From Burkholderiales bacterium (GTDB lineage Bacteria > Pseudomonadota > Gammaproteobacteria > Burkholderiales > SG8-39): a stretch of DNA of 54,602 nt. The translations under genes were made by a program, and so were the position numbers. The stretch covers positions 1 to 54,602 of the forward strand of contig DASWER010000281.1 of assembly GCA_036394655.1 (NCBI GenBank), given 5' to 3'. The notes beneath the pieces are model-generated. The model was not told the origin of the DNA and searched no databases. It was given only the letters and a program-made list of their open reading frames with translations. Below, in pieces: positions 13,957-23,586 of the stretch. Position 1 is the first letter of the stretch, and every line of letters starts with the position of its first letter.

Positions 13957-14547
13957 TTACTTGATGGCGGATTCGATTTCCGAAAAGGTGCGCGCCACCT
14001 CGCCGACGCTCGGCACCGCAACGCCCAGCTGGCGCGCGATCTGCGAGATCGAGAAGATACCGCGCACCATGTTGCGCCCGTCGTCGTGTTCCACCACCAG
14101 CGCGTGCTGACGGCCGGCGCGGCGCAGCGTCTCGAGCACGTGGCCGACGCGCGCGCCCTCGACGTCGGCGTAGGCGATGACTTCGACCTGCTCGGCGCCG
14201 GTCATGACGTCGCCGACGGTGAGCTCGTCGCGCCGCATGCCGCGGTCGATCGCCGCGCGCATCGGGCGCTCGGAGAGGATGTCGGTCGCGGTGATGACGC
14301 CGAGCACGTTCTCGTGGTCGTCGGTGACCAGGAGCAGGCGCACGCCGCGCGTGATCATGAACTGATTGGCGCCCGCGAGCGGCGCCTGCGGGCGGATGGT
14401 GGCGGGCGCGACGCGCGTGAGATCGGTCATCACCTGCGCCGCGGGCGACTCGGCGCTGACGCGCGCCGACTGCGGCTGGATCGGGCGCCGGAAGCCGGCG
14501 TTCGCACCCAGCTCGCGGATCGGCAGCGGCTGGAAGTCACGCTCCAT
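13957..14547 (-). CDS. CBS domain-containing protein
   Basis: Only the last 196 codons of the 608-aa track ORF are credible (MERDFQPLPIREL...). They contain two CBS-like repeats (VMTDL..LLVTDDHENVLGVITATDIL; VMTGAE..ALVVEHDDGRNMVRGIFSISQI). Confidence 0.8.
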   Translation of the reverse strand: MERDFQPLPIRELGANAGFRRPIQPQSARVSAESPAAQVMTDLTRVAPATIRPQAPLAGANQFMITRGVRLLLVTDDHENVLGVITATDILSERPMRAAIDRGMRRDELTVGDVMTGAEQVEVIAYADVEGARVGHVLETLRRAGRQHALVVEHDDGRNMVRGIFSISQIARQLGVAVPSVGEVARTFSEIESAIK

Positions 14548-14555
14548 GGATTCTC

Positions 14556-15074
14556 TTACGGATGCGCCGCTTCGAGGCGCCGCGCGCGGACGCGGCGGTG
14601 GTCGGCCTGCAGATAGCGATGCAGCTCGATCAGCGCCTGGCGGTAGACCTCGCGCTTGAAGTCGATCACGGTCTCGAGCGGGATCCAGTAGTCGTGCCAG
14701 CGCCAGGCGTCGAACTCGGGGTGCCCGCTGGCGCGCAGGCGGACGTCGCAGTCGCGCCCGGTCATGCGCAGCAGATACCAGATCTGCTTCTGGCCGCGGT
14801 ACAGGCCCTTGCAATCGCGGCGCATCCACTTCTCGGGTACCTCGTAGCGCAGCCATTCGCGCGTGCGCCCGAGGATGCGCACGTGCTCGCGCTGCAGCCC
14901 GATCTCCTCCTCGAGCTCGCGGTACATGGCCTGCAGCGGGGTTTCGCCGTGCTTGATGCCGCCCTGGGGGAACTGCCAGGCGTGCTGATGGACCCGCTTG
15001 CCCCAGAACACCTCGTTCCGCGGGTTGGCGAGGATGATGCCGACATTCGGACGGTAGCCTTCCTTGTCGAGCAT
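14556..15074 (-). CDS. rppH: RNA pyrophosphohydrolase (NUDIX)
   Basis: Starts [15 protein letters not shown] and has the Nudix box [24 protein letters not shown] choose the start at 15074; 15083 is also possible. Confidence 0.92.
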   Translation of the reverse strand: MLDKEGYRPNVGIILANPRNEVFWGKRVHQHAWQFPQGGIKHGETPLQAMYRELEEEIGLQREHVRILGRTREWLRYEVPEKWMRRDCKGLYRGQKQIWYLLRMTGRDCDVRLRASGHPEFDAWRWHDYWIPLETVIDFKREVYRQALIELHRYLQADHRRVRARRLEAAHP

Positions 15075-15150
15075 GGCCTGCACCGCCTACGTTAGAATCC
15101 TTATCGATTTTTCCACAGCCCACCGGTAAAGACAATGCTGGTGCGGGCGC

Positions 15151-16842
15151 ATGAAAACCTCGAAGTTTTTTATCGCGACGCAGAAGGAAGTGCCCGCCGA
15201 GGCCGAGATCGTGAGCCATCGGCTGATGCTGCGCGCGAGCCTGATCCGCCGCCTCGCCGCGGGCATCTACACCTGGCTGCCGCTCGGCCTGCGCGTGATG
15301 CGCAAAGTGGAGGCGGTGGTGCGCGAGGAGATGATCCGCGCCGGCGCCATCGAGCTCCTGATGCCGGTGGTGCAGCCCGCCGAGCTCTGGCAGGAGTCGG
15401 GGCGCTGGAAGGAGTACGGGCCCGAACTCCTGCGCTTGAAGGACCGTCACGAGCGCGACTTCGTGATGCAGCCCACCTCCGAGGAAGTGATCACCGATCT
15501 TGCGCGCAACGAATTGAAGAGCTACCGCCGGCTGCCGCTGCACTTCTTCCACATCCAGACCAAGTTCCGCGACGAGCGCCGGCCGCGCTTCGGTGTCATG
15601 CGCTCGCGCGAGTTCGTCATGAAGGACGGCTATTCTTTCCACGCCGACGTAGCGGATCTGGAGCGCGAGTACCGCAACATGCACGACACCTACACGCGCA
15701 TCTTCACCCGTCTGGGGCTGAAATTCCGCGCCGTGGCGGCCGACACCGGGGCCATCGGCGGCACCGGCTCGCACGAATTCCACGTGCTCGCCGACTCCGG
15801 CGAGGATGCCATCGCCTTCAGCCCGCAGTCGGACTTCGCGGCGAACGTCGAGCTCGCCGAGGCGCTCTCGCCCGGCGCCCGCGCGGCGGCCAAGGAGGCG
15901 ATGCAGAAGCTGCCGACGCCCGGAAAAACCACCTGCGAGCAGGTAGCCGAGCTCCTTGGCCTACCGCTGCAGCGCACGGTGAAAGCCGTAGCGGTGATGC
16001 ACGAGCGCGAATTCGTCCTGCTGCTCGTGCGCGGCGACCACCAGCTGAACGAGATCAAGACGCAGAAGCTGATTGGCGCCTTCCGCTTCGCCAGCGAAGC
16101 CGAGATCCGCGAGCATCTCCACTGCGCGCCCGGCTACATCGGCCCAGTGGGTGCAAAGGCGAAGGTGATTGCGGATCGCACGGTGGCAGCGATGGCCGAT
16201 TTCGTCTGCGGCGCGAATCAAGAGGGCTATCACCTCGCCGGAGTGAACTGGGGCCGCGACCTCGCGGAGCCCGAGGTGGCCGACATCCGCAACGTGCTGG
16301 CGGGCGATCCCAGCCCCGACGGCAAGGGCCAGCTCGAGATCGTGCGCGGCATCGAGGTCGGGCATATTTTCCAGCTGCGCACCAAGTACTCCGAAGCGAT
16401 GGGCGCGACCTTCCTCGACGAGAAGGGAGCGACGCAACCCTTCGAGATGGGCTGCTACGGCATCGGGGTGACGCGCATCGTTGCCGCGGCCATCGAGCAG
16501 AACCACGACGCGCGCGGCATCATTTTTCCGGCGCCGATCGCGCCGTTCGCGGTTTGCATCGTGCCCATCGGCATGCACAAGAGCGCCGCGGTGCGCGAGG
16601 CCGCCGAGCGTCTGTACCAGGAGTTGGTGAAAAGCGGCATCGACGTGCTGCTCGACGATCGCGAGGAGCGGCCCGGAGTGCTGTTCGCCGACATGGACCT
16701 GATCGGCATTCCGCACCGCGTGGTGCTGGGCGAGCGCGGGCTGGCGGCGGGCAATGCCGAGTACAAGGGGCGGCGCGACGAAAAGCCGGCCGACGTGCCG
16801 CTCGGCGAGATCGTGCCGTTCCTGGTCAAAAAGCTCGCTTGA
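15151..16842 (+). CDS. proS: proline--tRNA ligase
   Basis: The 563-aa ORF shows class II aaRS motifs and a bacterial-type editing-domain insertion ([35 protein letters not shown]). Confidence 0.95.
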   Translation: MKTSKFFIATQKEVPAEAEIVSHRLMLRASLIRRLAAGIYTWLPLGLRVMRKVEAVVREEMIRAGAIELLMPVVQPAELWQESGRWKEYGPELLRLKDRHERDFVMQPTSEEVITDLARNELKSYRRLPLHFFHIQTKFRDERRPRFGVMRSREFVMKDGYSFHADVADLEREYRNMHDTYTRIFTRLGLKFRAVAADTGAIGGTGSHEFHVLADSGEDAIAFSPQSDFAANVELAEALSPGARAAAKEAMQKLPTPGKTTCEQVAELLGLPLQRTVKAVAVMHEREFVLLLVRGDHQLNEIKTQKLIGAFRFASEAEIREHLHCAPGYIGPVGAKAKVIADRTVAAMADFVCGANQEGYHLAGVNWGRDLAEPEVADIRNVLAGDPSPDGKGQLEIVRGIEVGHIFQLRTKYSEAMGATFLDEKGATQPFEMGCYGIGVTRIVAAAIEQNHDARGIIFPAPIAPFAVCIVPIGMHKSAAVREAAERLYQELVKSGIDVLLDDREERPGVLFADMDLIGIPHRVVLGERGLAAGNAEYKGRRDEKPADVPLGEIVPFLVKKLA

Positions 16843-17432
16843 GAAGCCCGCTCTTCATCCTGCTGCTCGTACTGCCATTGACGGTGCTCGCCGGAGCGCA
16901 GCAATACGAGCCGCTCGCCGACTCGGTGCGCGCTCGGCTGTCGCGCCTGGTCGCCGACAAGGCGGTGCCGTCGATGGCCTTCCGCTCCTCGAGCGACGCG
17001 CAGCGCTGGCTGAACGACATGGATGTGCGCCTCGAGAAGCGCATCCCCGACCGCAAGCAGCGCCTCGAGCTCCTGCGCACGGTGCATTACGAGGCGACGC
17101 GCGCGCGGCTCGATCCGCAGCTGGTGCTCGGCGTGATCGAGGTCGAGAGCGGCTTTCGCAAGTACGCGGTGTCGCGCGCCGGCGCGCGCGGCTACATGCA
17201 GGTGATGCCCTTCTGGGTAAAGCTGATCGGCCAGCCGAACCACAATCTGTTTCACCTGCGCACCAACCTCGCCTACGGCTGCGCCATCCTGCGTTTCTAT
17301 CTCGACCTGGAGAAGGGCGACTACTACCGGGCGCTCGGGCGCTATAACGGCTCGCTCGGCCAGCCCGAATATCCGAACCTGGTGCTCGCCGCGTGGCGCG
17401 GGCGCTGGAAGTACGATGGACCCACTGCATGA
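16839..17432 (+). CDS. lytic transglycosylase (SLT domain) protein
   Basis: A TTG start overlaps the proS TGA (TTGA). A signal-like N-terminus ([19 protein letters not shown]) is followed by the SLT catalytic region ([24 protein letters not shown]). The gene is nested in a longer track ORF. Confidence 0.8.
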   Translation: MRSPLFILLLVLPLTVLAGAQQYEPLADSVRARLSRLVADKAVPSMAFRSSSDAQRWLNDMDVRLEKRIPDRKQRLELLRTVHYEATRARLDPQLVLGVIEVESGFRKYAVSRAGARGYMQVMPFWVKLIGQPNHNLFHLRTNLAYGCAILRFYLDLEKGDYYRALGRYNGSLGQPEYPNLVLAAWRGRWKYDGPTA

Positions 17433-18394
17433 TCGGCACGCTGCTCGACAGGCACCCCAAGGTGGCGAACTGGATCTACGGCTTCACGCCGCCCGAGCGC
17501 GGCGCGGTGGTGCTGGTGCACCGGCGCGTGTACATCGTGCCGACGCAGCTCGGCTACCTGTTCGCCCTGACGCTCCTCATCCTGCTGGTGGGCTCGATCA
17601 ATTACGCGCTGTCGCTCGGCTTCGCGCTGACCTTCCTGCTCGCGGGGATGGCGCTCGCAGGGATGGTGCATACCGCGCGCAATCTCGCGCGCACGGCGGT
17701 GAGCCACGGGCGAGCCGAGCCGGTGTTCGCTGGCGAGGCGGCGCAGTTTCGCCTGTACCTCGACGCGCGCGCCGACTTCGACCGCCCGGCGATCCTCGCG
17801 CGGCATCTCGCGTCGCGCGCGCAACTGGTGGTCGATGTGCCGGCCGGCGGCATCGCCGAGGTGGTGCTCGGCGTGCCGGCGGCGCGGCGCGGCTGGCTGG
17901 CGCTCGGTCGCGTGATGCTCGAGACGCGCTTTCCGCTCGGCATCTTCCGCGCCTGGAGCTACGTCGAGCCCGACGCCCGCTGCCTGGTCTATCCGCGGCC
18001 CGAGCGCTCGCTGCTGCCGCAACCGTCCGCCGAGAGCGCGCGCGGCGTGCTGCGCTCGCCCACGCCCGGCAACGACGATTACTCCGGCCTGCGCGCCTAC
18101 CAGCTGTCGGATTCGCCGCGCCACGTGGCGTGGAAAGCCGTGGCGCGCAGCGAAGACATGCTCACCAAGCAGTTCACCGGCGAGGCGGCGGCCGAGCTGT
18201 GGCTCGACGCGGCGCGCCTTGCGCATCTCGGCGTCGAGCAGCGCCTTTCGCGGCTCGCCGGCTGGGTGCTCCAGGCCGAGCGCTCGGGCGCGCAATACGG
18301 CCTGCGCCTTCCCGGCAGCGAGATCCCGCCGGCCCACGGTGAGCTGCACCGCAACGCCTGCCTGCAGGCACTCGCGCTTTACTCCGGGGCATGA
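17429..18394 (+). CDS. DUF58 domain-containing protein
   Basis: The start MIGTLLDR overlaps the upstream stop (ATGA). It has two TM segments followed by DYSGLRAYQLSDSPRHVAWKAVAR, the DUF58 signature region. Confidence 0.8.
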   Translation: MIGTLLDRHPKVANWIYGFTPPERGAVVLVHRRVYIVPTQLGYLFALTLLILLVGSINYALSLGFALTFLLAGMALAGMVHTARNLARTAVSHGRAEPVFAGEAAQFRLYLDARADFDRPAILARHLASRAQLVVDVPAGGIAEVVLGVPAARRGWLALGRVMLETRFPLGIFRAWSYVEPDARCLVYPRPERSLLPQPSAESARGVLRSPTPGNDDYSGLRAYQLSDSPRHVAWKAVARSEDMLTKQFTGEAAAELWLDAARLAHLGVEQRLSRLAGWVLQAERSGAQYGLRLPGSEIPPAHGELHRNACLQALALYSGA

Positions 18395-20361
18395 AGGCGG
18401 CACCACACCCGCTGTCCGCCGAGATGCGCGCGCTCACGCTGCGCGATCTGGGCTGGCTCACCGCGTCGCTGGTGATCGTCATCGCGCCGCATGCGCTGCG
18501 CGCGCCGTGGTGGCTGACGCTCCTCACGCTGTGCCTTTACGGCTGGCGCTTCTATTCCACGATCAACCGCGCGCCGCTGCCTTCGCGCTGGCTGGTGATC
18601 GCGGTCGCGGGCATCGGCCTGCTCGGCGTGTGGATGGAATACCGCACGCTCTTCGGCCGCCAGGCGGGCGTGATCCTGCTGATGCTGTTCTCGGGGCTGA
18701 AGCTGCTCGAGTCGAAGACCCACCGCGACGGCGCGGTGGCCGCCTTTCTCGGCTACTTCCTGATCATCACCAATTTCCTCTACACGCAGTCGATCCCGAC
18801 CGCGCTGCTCATGTGCGTCGGCGTCTTCATCATCACCGCCACGCTGGTCGGCTTCAGCGCGCCGCAGCGCGCGCTGCGCGCCAACCTGCGCACCACGGGC
18901 CTCATGCTGCTGCACGCGGCGCCGGCGGCGCTGGTGCTGTTCGTGCTGTTTCCGCGGGTGCAGGGGCCACTGTGGGGATTGCCGCAGGACGCCTTCAGCG
19001 GCATGACCGGCCTTTCCGAGACCATGAGCCCGGGCAATCTGTCGCAGCTCGCGCTCTCCGATGCGATCGCGTTTCGCGCCGCGTTCGAGGGCGAATCGCC
19101 GCCGCAGCCGCTGCGCTACTGGCGCGGACCGGTGCTGTGGGACTTCGACGGGCGCACCTGGTCGACCGGCGTGAGCTTCCTGGTCCCGTTCCGCGAGCCG
19201 CAGGGCGGCAGCGCACGCTACCAGTACTCGGTAATCCTGGAAGCGCACAACCGCTACTGGATGTTCGCCCTCGAGACCGCCGCGAGCCTGCCCGAGCGCT
19301 CGCGCATGACCTTCGATGGCCAGCTGCTGTCGAATACGCCGGTGCGCAGCCGCCTGCGCTACGAGATGGCCTCGGTGATCACGCCGGAGCGCGAGGCGAG
19401 CGAAGGCCGCAGCGCGCTCAGCCGCGCGCTGCGCCTGCCGGAGGAATACAACAAGCGCACCGTTGCCCTCGCCAACAGCTGGCGCGCAGCCGGCGGCCGC
19501 GACGTCGACATGCTGAACCGCGGCCTCGATCTGCTGAGGAAAGGGCGCTTTACCTATACGCTCGAGCCGCCGCTGCTCGGGAGCGACTCGGTCGACGAGT
19601 TCCTGTTCGATACCAAGGCCGGGTTCTGCGAGCACTTCGCCTCGGCATTCACGGTGCTGATGCGCGCCGCCGGTGTGCCGGCGCGCGTCGTCACCGGCTA
19701 CCAGGGCGGCGAGTTGAACCCGGTCGATAGCATCATCACCGTGCGCCAGTCCGACGCGCACGCCTGGACCGAGGTGTACATCGCCGGGCGCGGCTGGCTG
19801 CGCATCGATCCGACGGCCGCGGCGATGCCGCGGCGCCTCGACGGCGGCCTCGCGCGCGCGCTGCCGCAGGACCAGGCGCTGCCGCTGATGATGCGCCCCG
19901 AGATGGAATGGCTGCGCAGCGCGCGCTATCGCTGGGAGGCGGTGGCGCACAAGTGGAACGTCTGGGTGCTGGGCTACAACCCCGAGCGCCAGCGGGACCT
20001 CATGTTGTCGCTCGGCATGCGCGACGCCGACTGGCAGAAGCTCACCGCGGTGCTGTTCACCTTCCTCGGCGCGATGACGGTGGCGCTGCTCGTCTGGTCG
20101 CTGCGCCGCCTGACCCGTCCCGACCCGGTGCAGAACGCCTGGCAGAAGTTCTGCCGCAAGCTCGCGGCGCGCGGCGTGGTGCGCTCGGCGCACGAAGGAC
20201 CGCGCGACTATGCCGCGCGCGCGGCGCGCGCGCTGCCTGCGGTGCGCCGCCCGATCCTGCGCATCGCCGCGCTCTACATCGCGCTGCGCTACGGCGCGAA
20301 CGCCAGCAAGCCTGGCATGGCTCGCTTGAAACGCCTGGTGCGCCAGCTCGAGATCGCGTGA
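18391..20361 (+). CDS. TgpA-like transglutaminase-domain membrane protein (DUF3488 + transglutaminase core)
   Basis: The 656-aa ORF has a multi-TM N-terminus and a transglutaminase core (GFCEHFASAFTVLMRAAGVPARVVTGY..DAHAWTEVY..GWLRIDPT). Confidence 0.85.
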   Translation: MKAAPHPLSAEMRALTLRDLGWLTASLVIVIAPHALRAPWWLTLLTLCLYGWRFYSTINRAPLPSRWLVIAVAGIGLLGVWMEYRTLFGRQAGVILLMLFSGLKLLESKTHRDGAVAAFLGYFLIITNFLYTQSIPTALLMCVGVFIITATLVGFSAPQRALRANLRTTGLMLLHAAPAALVLFVLFPRVQGPLWGLPQDAFSGMTGLSETMSPGNLSQLALSDAIAFRAAFEGESPPQPLRYWRGPVLWDFDGRTWSTGVSFLVPFREPQGGSARYQYSVILEAHNRYWMFALETAASLPERSRMTFDGQLLSNTPVRSRLRYEMASVITPEREASEGRSALSRALRLPEEYNKRTVALANSWRAAGGRDVDMLNRGLDLLRKGRFTYTLEPPLLGSDSVDEFLFDTKAGFCEHFASAFTVLMRAAGVPARVVTGYQGGELNPVDSIITVRQSDAHAWTEVYIAGRGWLRIDPTAAAMPRRLDGGLARALPQDQALPLMMRPEMEWLRSARYRWEAVAHKWNVWVLGYNPERQRDLMLSLGMRDADWQKLTAVLFTFLGAMTVALLVWSLRRLTRPDPVQNAWQKFCRKLAARGVVRSAHEGPRDYAARAARALPAVRRPILRIAALYIALRYGANASKPGMARLKRLVRQLEIA

Positions 20362-21326
20362 GGCTGGCGCTCGCCTCGCTGCTGGTCGCGCTGGCGACGC
20401 CCGCGTTCGGTCAGGGGTTCGTTGAACGCCCCGAGGTGCAGGCGTTCATCGGCGAGGTGGTCGAGCGCCACGGCTTCGTCGAGGGCGAGCTGAAGAAAGT
20501 GTTCTCGCGCGTGCAGCGCGTCGAGCCCGCGCTGCAGTCGATCGTGCCGGTGGAGCGCCCGTCCTGGGACGACTACCGGGCGCAATTCGTAAACAAAAAG
20601 CGCGTCAACGGGGGCCTCGCCTTCTGGAAGGCGAACCGCACGGTGCTCAAGCGCGCCGCGCAACGCTACGGCGTGCCGGCGCAATACATCGTCGCCATCA
20701 TCGGCGTCGAGACCAACTACGGCCGCAACATGGGGCGCTACCGCGTGATCGACGCGCTCGCCACGCTCGCCTTCGACTATCCGCCGCGCGCGCGCTTCTT
20801 CCGCGGCGAGCTCGAGCAGTACCTGCTGCTGGCGCGCGAGGCCGGGCTGGATGTCTTCGCGCTGCGCGGCTCGTATGCCGGCGCCATCGGCATCCCGCAG
20901 TTCATGCCGACGAGTCTCAGGCGCTACGCGGTCGACTTCAACGGCGACGGCAGGATCGACCTCACCGGCTCGAGCGCCGATGCGGTGGGCAGCGTCGCCA
21001 ATTTCCTGAAGGAGCACGGCTGGCAGCCGGGCGAGGCGGTGCTCTACCGGGCTAAGCCGTCGCCCGAGGCGCTCGCGCGCTTCGTCGACGGCTCGGTCGA
21101 GCCGAAGACCCGGATCGCCGACCTCCTCGCCAGCGGTCTGGAGCTGGACCCCGTTCCGTCGTCGCCAGAGGCGCTCGGCGTGCTGGTCGCGCTGGGCGCC
21201 GAGTACCGCGTCGGGCTGCAGAACTTCTACGTCATCACGCGCTATAACCGCAGCGCCCTGTACGCGTCGGCGGTCAACGATCTCGCCGACGCGCTCGCCG
21301 AGCGCGCGCCAGTCGCGGGCAAGTAG
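20358..21326 (+). CDS. mltB: lytic murein transglycosylase B
   Basis: A GTG start overlaps the tgpA-like TGA (GTGA). Motifs are YGVPAQYIVAIIGVETNYGRNMG, GSYAGAIGIPQFMPTS and GDGRIDL. Confidence 0.88.
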   Translation: MRLALASLLVALATPAFGQGFVERPEVQAFIGEVVERHGFVEGELKKVFSRVQRVEPALQSIVPVERPSWDDYRAQFVNKKRVNGGLAFWKANRTVLKRAAQRYGVPAQYIVAIIGVETNYGRNMGRYRVIDALATLAFDYPPRARFFRGELEQYLLLAREAGLDVFALRGSYAGAIGIPQFMPTSLRRYAVDFNGDGRIDLTGSSADAVGSVANFLKEHGWQPGEAVLYRAKPSPEALARFVDGSVEPKTRIADLLASGLELDPVPSSPEALGVLVALGAEYRVGLQNFYVITRYNRSALYASAVNDLADALAERAPVAGK

Positions 21327-22148
21327 CTACAGGCCCGGCAGGAATTGCTTCGGATCGAGCGGCCGGCCCGACTTGCGGATCTGGAAGTGGAGCATCGGTT
21401 TCTCGGTGTCGCTGGTGCCGATCTCGGCGATCTTCTGGCCGCGCTCGACCAGCTGCTGCTCCTTGACGAGGATCTGGCTGGTATGGGCATAGACCGTCAG
21501 GAATTGCTCGCTGTGCTGGATGATGAGCATCTTGCCCAGCCCGCGGATCCCCGAGCCGACGTAGGTGACCTTGCCCTTGGCCGAAGCCACCACCGGATCG
21601 CCGACCTTGCCGCCGATGTCGACACCCTTGCCGCGCGTCTGCTCGAAGGCGGCGATCACCTTGCCCTTCGCCGGCCAGACGAATTTCAGCGCGTCGCCAT
21701 CCACGGCCGCCGTCGCTGGTGCAGGCACTGTAGGCGCAGGCTTCGGCACCTTCGCCTCCGATGCCGGTGTCTCGAGCGGGCGCGACTCGAGCCGCCCGCC
21801 GATGTTGGTCCGGCCGATCTGCACGCCGCTTTGCACCCTTGCGTCCTCGGGCTTGACGCGCAGCACCTGCCCGACGCGGATCTTCGTCGGGTCGTCGAGA
21901 CCGTTCCATTGCGCGAGCTCGCGGTAGTCGACACCGTGCTCCAGCGCGATGCTATAGAGCGTGTCGCCGCGCTTCACTTCGTACTCGGCCTCCGCCAGCG
22001 TCCGCGGAGTGGGCGCCGTCGCCTTGGTGACGGGCGGCGCCTGCGGCGCGCCGCCGCGCGCAGTCCGATCGACCACCGGCGCCGCGCCCTGCTGCGAAGC
22101 GCAGCCGGCCAGCGCCGACACCACTACCGCCACCAGCGTCCATCTCAT
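21327..22148 (-). CDS. nlpD: LysM + M23 peptidase lipoprotein (NlpD-like)
   Basis: Has a lipobox (ALAGC), a LysM domain (YEVKRGDTLYSIALEHGVDYRELAQWN) and a C-terminal M23-like domain. The surE-pcm-nlpD synteny is conserved. Confidence 0.88.
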   Translation of the reverse strand: MRWTLVAVVVSALAGCASQQGAAPVVDRTARGGAPQAPPVTKATAPTPRTLAEAEYEVKRGDTLYSIALEHGVDYRELAQWNGLDDPTKIRVGQVLRVKPEDARVQSGVQIGRTNIGGRLESRPLETPASEAKVPKPAPTVPAPATAAVDGDALKFVWPAKGKVIAAFEQTRGKGVDIGGKVGDPVVASAKGKVTYVGSGIRGLGKMLIIQHSEQFLTVYAHTSQILVKEQQLVERGQKIAEIGTSDTEKPMLHFQIRKSGRPLDPKQFLPGL

Positions 22149-22825
22149 GCTTTGCCCGCCTCCATCGGCACAAAGCGCACCGGATCGAGCTCCGACTCTA
22201 TGAATCCCCGGCCGCTGCGCTCGATCAGCACTAACCGCTGTTCGGTCCGCTTTTCCCCATGTGGGGCCGACAGTGGCAATACCATTCTGCCACCGGGTGC
22301 GAGCTGCTGGAGCAGCGCCTCGGGCACGCGCGGCGCCGCGGCCGCTACCACGATCGAATGAAACGGCGCCGCCGGCTCGAGCCCCGCGTAGCCGTCGCCA
22401 TGCGCAAGGCGCAGGTTGGCAAGGCGCAGGCCGATGAGATTGCGGCGCGCGCGCTCGAGCAGCGCCTTGATGCGCTCGATCGAGTACACCTCGGGAAAAA
22501 CGTGCGCGAGCACCGCCGCCTGGTAACCGCAGCCGGTACCGACTTCCAGCGCCTTGCCGGGGTTTTTGCCCAGCACGAGCTCGATCATCCGAGCGACCAC
22601 GAACGGGTGCGAGATCGTCTGCCCGAAGCCGATCGGCAACGCGTCGTCCTCGTAGGCGCGGCTCGCGAGCGCCTCCTCGACGAACAGGTGGCGCGGCACG
22701 GCGCCGAGCGCGGCGAGCACGCGCTCGTCGGCGATGCCCTTGGTGCGCAGCCGAGCCACCATGCGCGCACGCGTGCGCGCCGAGGTCATGCCGATGCCGG
22801 CGCTGGCGCTCAGCGCTCTAACCAT
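22145..22825 (-). CDS. pcm: protein-L-isoaspartate O-methyltransferase
   Basis: Motifs are [17 protein letters not shown] and the SAM motif [16 protein letters not shown]. Confidence 0.93.
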   Translation of the reverse strand: MVRALSASAGIGMTSARTRARMVARLRTKGIADERVLAALGAVPRHLFVEEALASRAYEDDALPIGFGQTISHPFVVARMIELVLGKNPGKALEVGTGCGYQAAVLAHVFPEVYSIERIKALLERARRNLIGLRLANLRLAHGDGYAGLEPAAPFHSIVVAAAAPRVPEALLQQLAPGGRMVLPLSAPHGEKRTEQRLVLIERSGRGFIESELDPVRFVPMEAGKA

Positions 22826-23553
22826 TCGCGCGCGCGCGGCAGTTGCGACGAATGCGTGAGGTCCATGCGCAGCGGCGTCACTGAGACGCGGTGGTTGTCG
22901 ACGGCGTGGAAATCGGTGCCGGGACCGGCGTCGGCGGCAGCGCCGGCTGGCCCGATCCAGTACGCGCTCTCGCCGCGCGGCGTGGTGAGCTTGATCACGG
23001 GCTCGGCCTTGTGACGCTTGCCCAGACGGGTCACCTCGATGCCGCGCAGGTTCTCCGGCGCGACGTCGGGAACATTGACGTTGAGCAGCACCGGCTCGCC
23101 GAAAGGCGCGCGCGCGAGCCGCTCCACCAGCTCGAGCGCCACGCCGATGGCGGATTCAAAGTGCTCGCCGACCTTGCTGGTGAGCGACACCGCGACCGAG
23201 GGGATGCCGAGCAGGTAGCCTTCGACCGCGGCGGCGACGGTGCCGGAATAGATGGTGTCGTCGCCCATGTTGGCCCCGAGGTTGACCCCCGAGACGATGA
23301 CGTCGGGAGTGAAGTCGAGCAGTCCGGTGATCGCGATGTGCACGCAATCGGTGGGTGTGCCGTTAACGGAGTAATAGCCGTTCGGCGCACGGCGCACGAC
23401 CAGCGGACGGTCGAGCGTGAGCGAGTTGGACGCCCCGGAGCGGTCGCGCTCGGGCGCGACCACCGTCACCTCGCCCAGACCAGCCAGCGCCTGCGCGAGC
23501 AGCGTGATGCCCGGCGAGAAGTAGCCGTCGTCATTGGAGACGAGAATTTTCAC
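22810..23553 (-). CDS. surE: 5'/3'-nucleotidase SurE
   Basis: Starts [16 protein letters not shown], with later motifs [14 protein letters not shown] and GTPTDCV. Confidence 0.95.
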   Translation of the reverse strand: MKILVSNDDGYFSPGITLLAQALAGLGEVTVVAPERDRSGASNSLTLDRPLVVRRAPNGYYSVNGTPTDCVHIAITGLLDFTPDVIVSGVNLGANMGDDTIYSGTVAAAVEGYLLGIPSVAVSLTSKVGEHFESAIGVALELVERLARAPFGEPVLLNVNVPDVAPENLRGIEVTRLGKRHKAEPVIKLTTPRGESAYWIGPAGAAADAGPGTDFHAVDNHRVSVTPLRMDLTHSSQLPRAREWLER

Positions 23554-23586
23554 GCGAACGATTCTACAGTCCGTCGTCTAAGCAGC

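Noticed and set aside
13957-15783. 608-aa minus-strand ORF spanning the CBS gene, rppH and the 5' part of proS
   Set aside because: Only the last 196 codons look like a protein (the CBS pair). The upstream part is an Arg/Pro/Ala-rich read-through that overlaps rppH in another frame and is antisense to the 5' part of proS.
21324-21329. Abutting convergent stops of mltB and nlpD (TAGCTA), and the CTAG stop overlap of proB and the CNP1 gene at 12760..12763
   Set aside because: These are real but reflect the very compact gene packing of this genome. No extra signal such as a hairpin or repeat is associated with them.
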